Shown here in pieces: positions 62,440-64,000 of a stretch of DNA of 64,000 nt (within the stretch, counting starts at the first letter, position 1; each line of letters begins with the position of its first letter). The DNA is from the human T2T-CHM13v2.0 reference genome, Homo sapiens. A program made the translations under genes and the position numbers. The DNA is taken from the NCBI RefSeq assembly GCF_009914755.1, contig NC_060927.1; one strand, 5' to 3'. The notes beneath the pieces are model-generated. The model ran no database searches. It was not told the origin of the DNA and saw only the letters and a program-made list of their open reading frames with translations.

Positions 62440-62860
62440 GAGCCTACAGTTGACATTTTTCAGAAAATTGAGTTATCAAGGCAGTAATTATTTCACGGGG
62501 AGATAAAACTCTCATAGCCCTAACTGTCAAATAGGGCCCTTTTCAGATTTTAATTACAAAATAAAATTAGTCTGCTCTTCCTCAGAATGGTTTGTGAGTG
62601 GTTAAACAGAGCTTTCCCCCAATACTGGTGGTCGTCAAACTCTGCTAATTAGCAATGCTGAGAAATTCCAGTTAACAAGGACATTCTCCAAGACTCTGCA
62701 GGTTCCCTGCCGTTTGCCTTCATTTCCATAAGAAGATTAAGAGAGGAGGGGAACACACTCAAATGCAGATGCAGAAAAGAAGCGTTTTTTAACAAGCATC
62801 ATAATAGTAAGATGCTTGGCTAGTTCTCACCTAATTACTGCAAGTTAAACCTCTATTTGA
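62440..62860. promoter_or_regulatory. Sox2 N2 / SRR1 enhancer
   Basis: POU/homeodomain-type sites tttaattacaaaat (~62548) and palindrome TGCTAATTAGCA (62643-62654); sequence and position fit my recollection of the enhancer about 4 kb upstream of SOX2. Confidence 0.72.
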
Positions 62861-64000
62861 CACTAAGAAGAAAAAATAAGTCTACAGTCCCCTGTCTCCA
62901 CAAAATTGTTAGTTGGTTTCAGATATAATACTTGAGGAGTGCTGAGGAGACTTTAGGAGAGAAAAATCAATGTGCAAGATTTTGAAATAAAATTGAGTTA
63001 CACTTAACAGTTAAGGCCTTTTGGCTAGGGCCTATAATAGAACAAAATAAAATCAGAATATTCCAGGAGTCATGCATTTTTGTTACTAACTACTAATCTT
63101 GCTCTAAAAGTATGTAGCTTTTTGTTGCCCGTGGAAGGGAAGTGTTACACTCCCTTTAGATTAAGCACTTTCAATTTTCGTAAATTGTGCCAATGGCAAC
63201 ATTTTAGATTCTCAGAGGATGAAGCATCCTGTTCCAAGTCTTTTTTGATTGTCTAGTAGTCAATGGTATATTGTTGTTAGTACTGTAGCTGTCTATTACA
63301 AACCTAAAACAGTGTTGCTTCTGTCATCTATTGGAATCGTTATAGTTATTATATTTAGGGATCAGTGATGGTGCTGGATTGAAATAGAGTGGGCAGTGAT
63401 CTGATTTTTTAAAATGCATATGTTCTAAAAAATCTAATGAGAAAATGTTCCTGCTATCACCATCTTCTTTAATCTTATTTTCATAGCACATTATTATGCA
63501 TAATCGCCAGCCACAGTTAGTTTATTGTCTCGATAAGTACAGCAGGCTTAATTAAAATAAAGCTGTAAATAAATGCAACCAATGATAACACAATTGTAAC
63601 GTAATTCCATAGCTTATTAATGTGATAAAAGCAATTAATAAAAGACCTAGCCAACCCCTTTAACCTCTTAAATACATTATTATAGAGTTCATGCACAAAC
63701 ACATGCATCTGAGAATGTGTAAAAGTTGTTATATATCCTCCCAAGGAAAAAAATTGTGCCTTGAGAGAAAGGCAACGAGATTTAAAAGATTTGTGTCTAT
63801 AACCGTCTGTTATTAGTATTTATTTTAACAAATATACACCACCCTTATCCACACCAATTCCTTGGTTGTTTCTTCAAACAATTATCCACAAGCTTTTTAA
63901 AGTTTTTAGAATAATGCTATTAAGCAGACCGATGCATACACAATCATAAAGTGAATTCTTGGTCTGCCCTTTGTGGCGTCTGGACAATCATAATTCATTC

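Noticed and set aside
62000-64000. SOX2 coding sequence or core promoter
   Set aside because: No HMG-box ORF and no GC-rich promoter are present; the gene lies beyond the window if the locus call is right.

Overview
Primate, almost certainly human, non-coding genomic DNA: a consensus-like AluYb8 is present, and that subfamily is human-specific. I recognise the window as the SOX2-OT lncRNA locus (3q26.33) just upstream of SOX2. The identification rests on three sequences matched from memory, not on a search: a 286-bp + strand exon (54161-54446), the Sox2 N3 enhancer core (~47.4 kb) and the N2/SRR1 enhancer (~62.5 kb). SOX2 itself is not in the window and probably starts a few kb past the right end. 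No credible protein-coding gene is present; the ORFs in the track that I could trace come from Alu, L1, hAT, microsatellite or GC-rich sequence. Bases 1-41 kb are dense in repeats (about 30 Alus, L1, L2, MIR, MER2, MER5A, Charlie1, two solo LTRs). Bases 41.4-64 kb show no Alu or L1 and hold CpG islands, CTCF motifs and Sox-site clusters. The most unusual signals are a multi-segment templated insertion with a fold-back junction inside an Alu (2207-2379), a chain of three stop-start overlapping ORFs in the SOX2-OT exon, and the young AluYb8. I found no new multi-gene system. Repeat subfamily names and boundaries are by eye and approximate.
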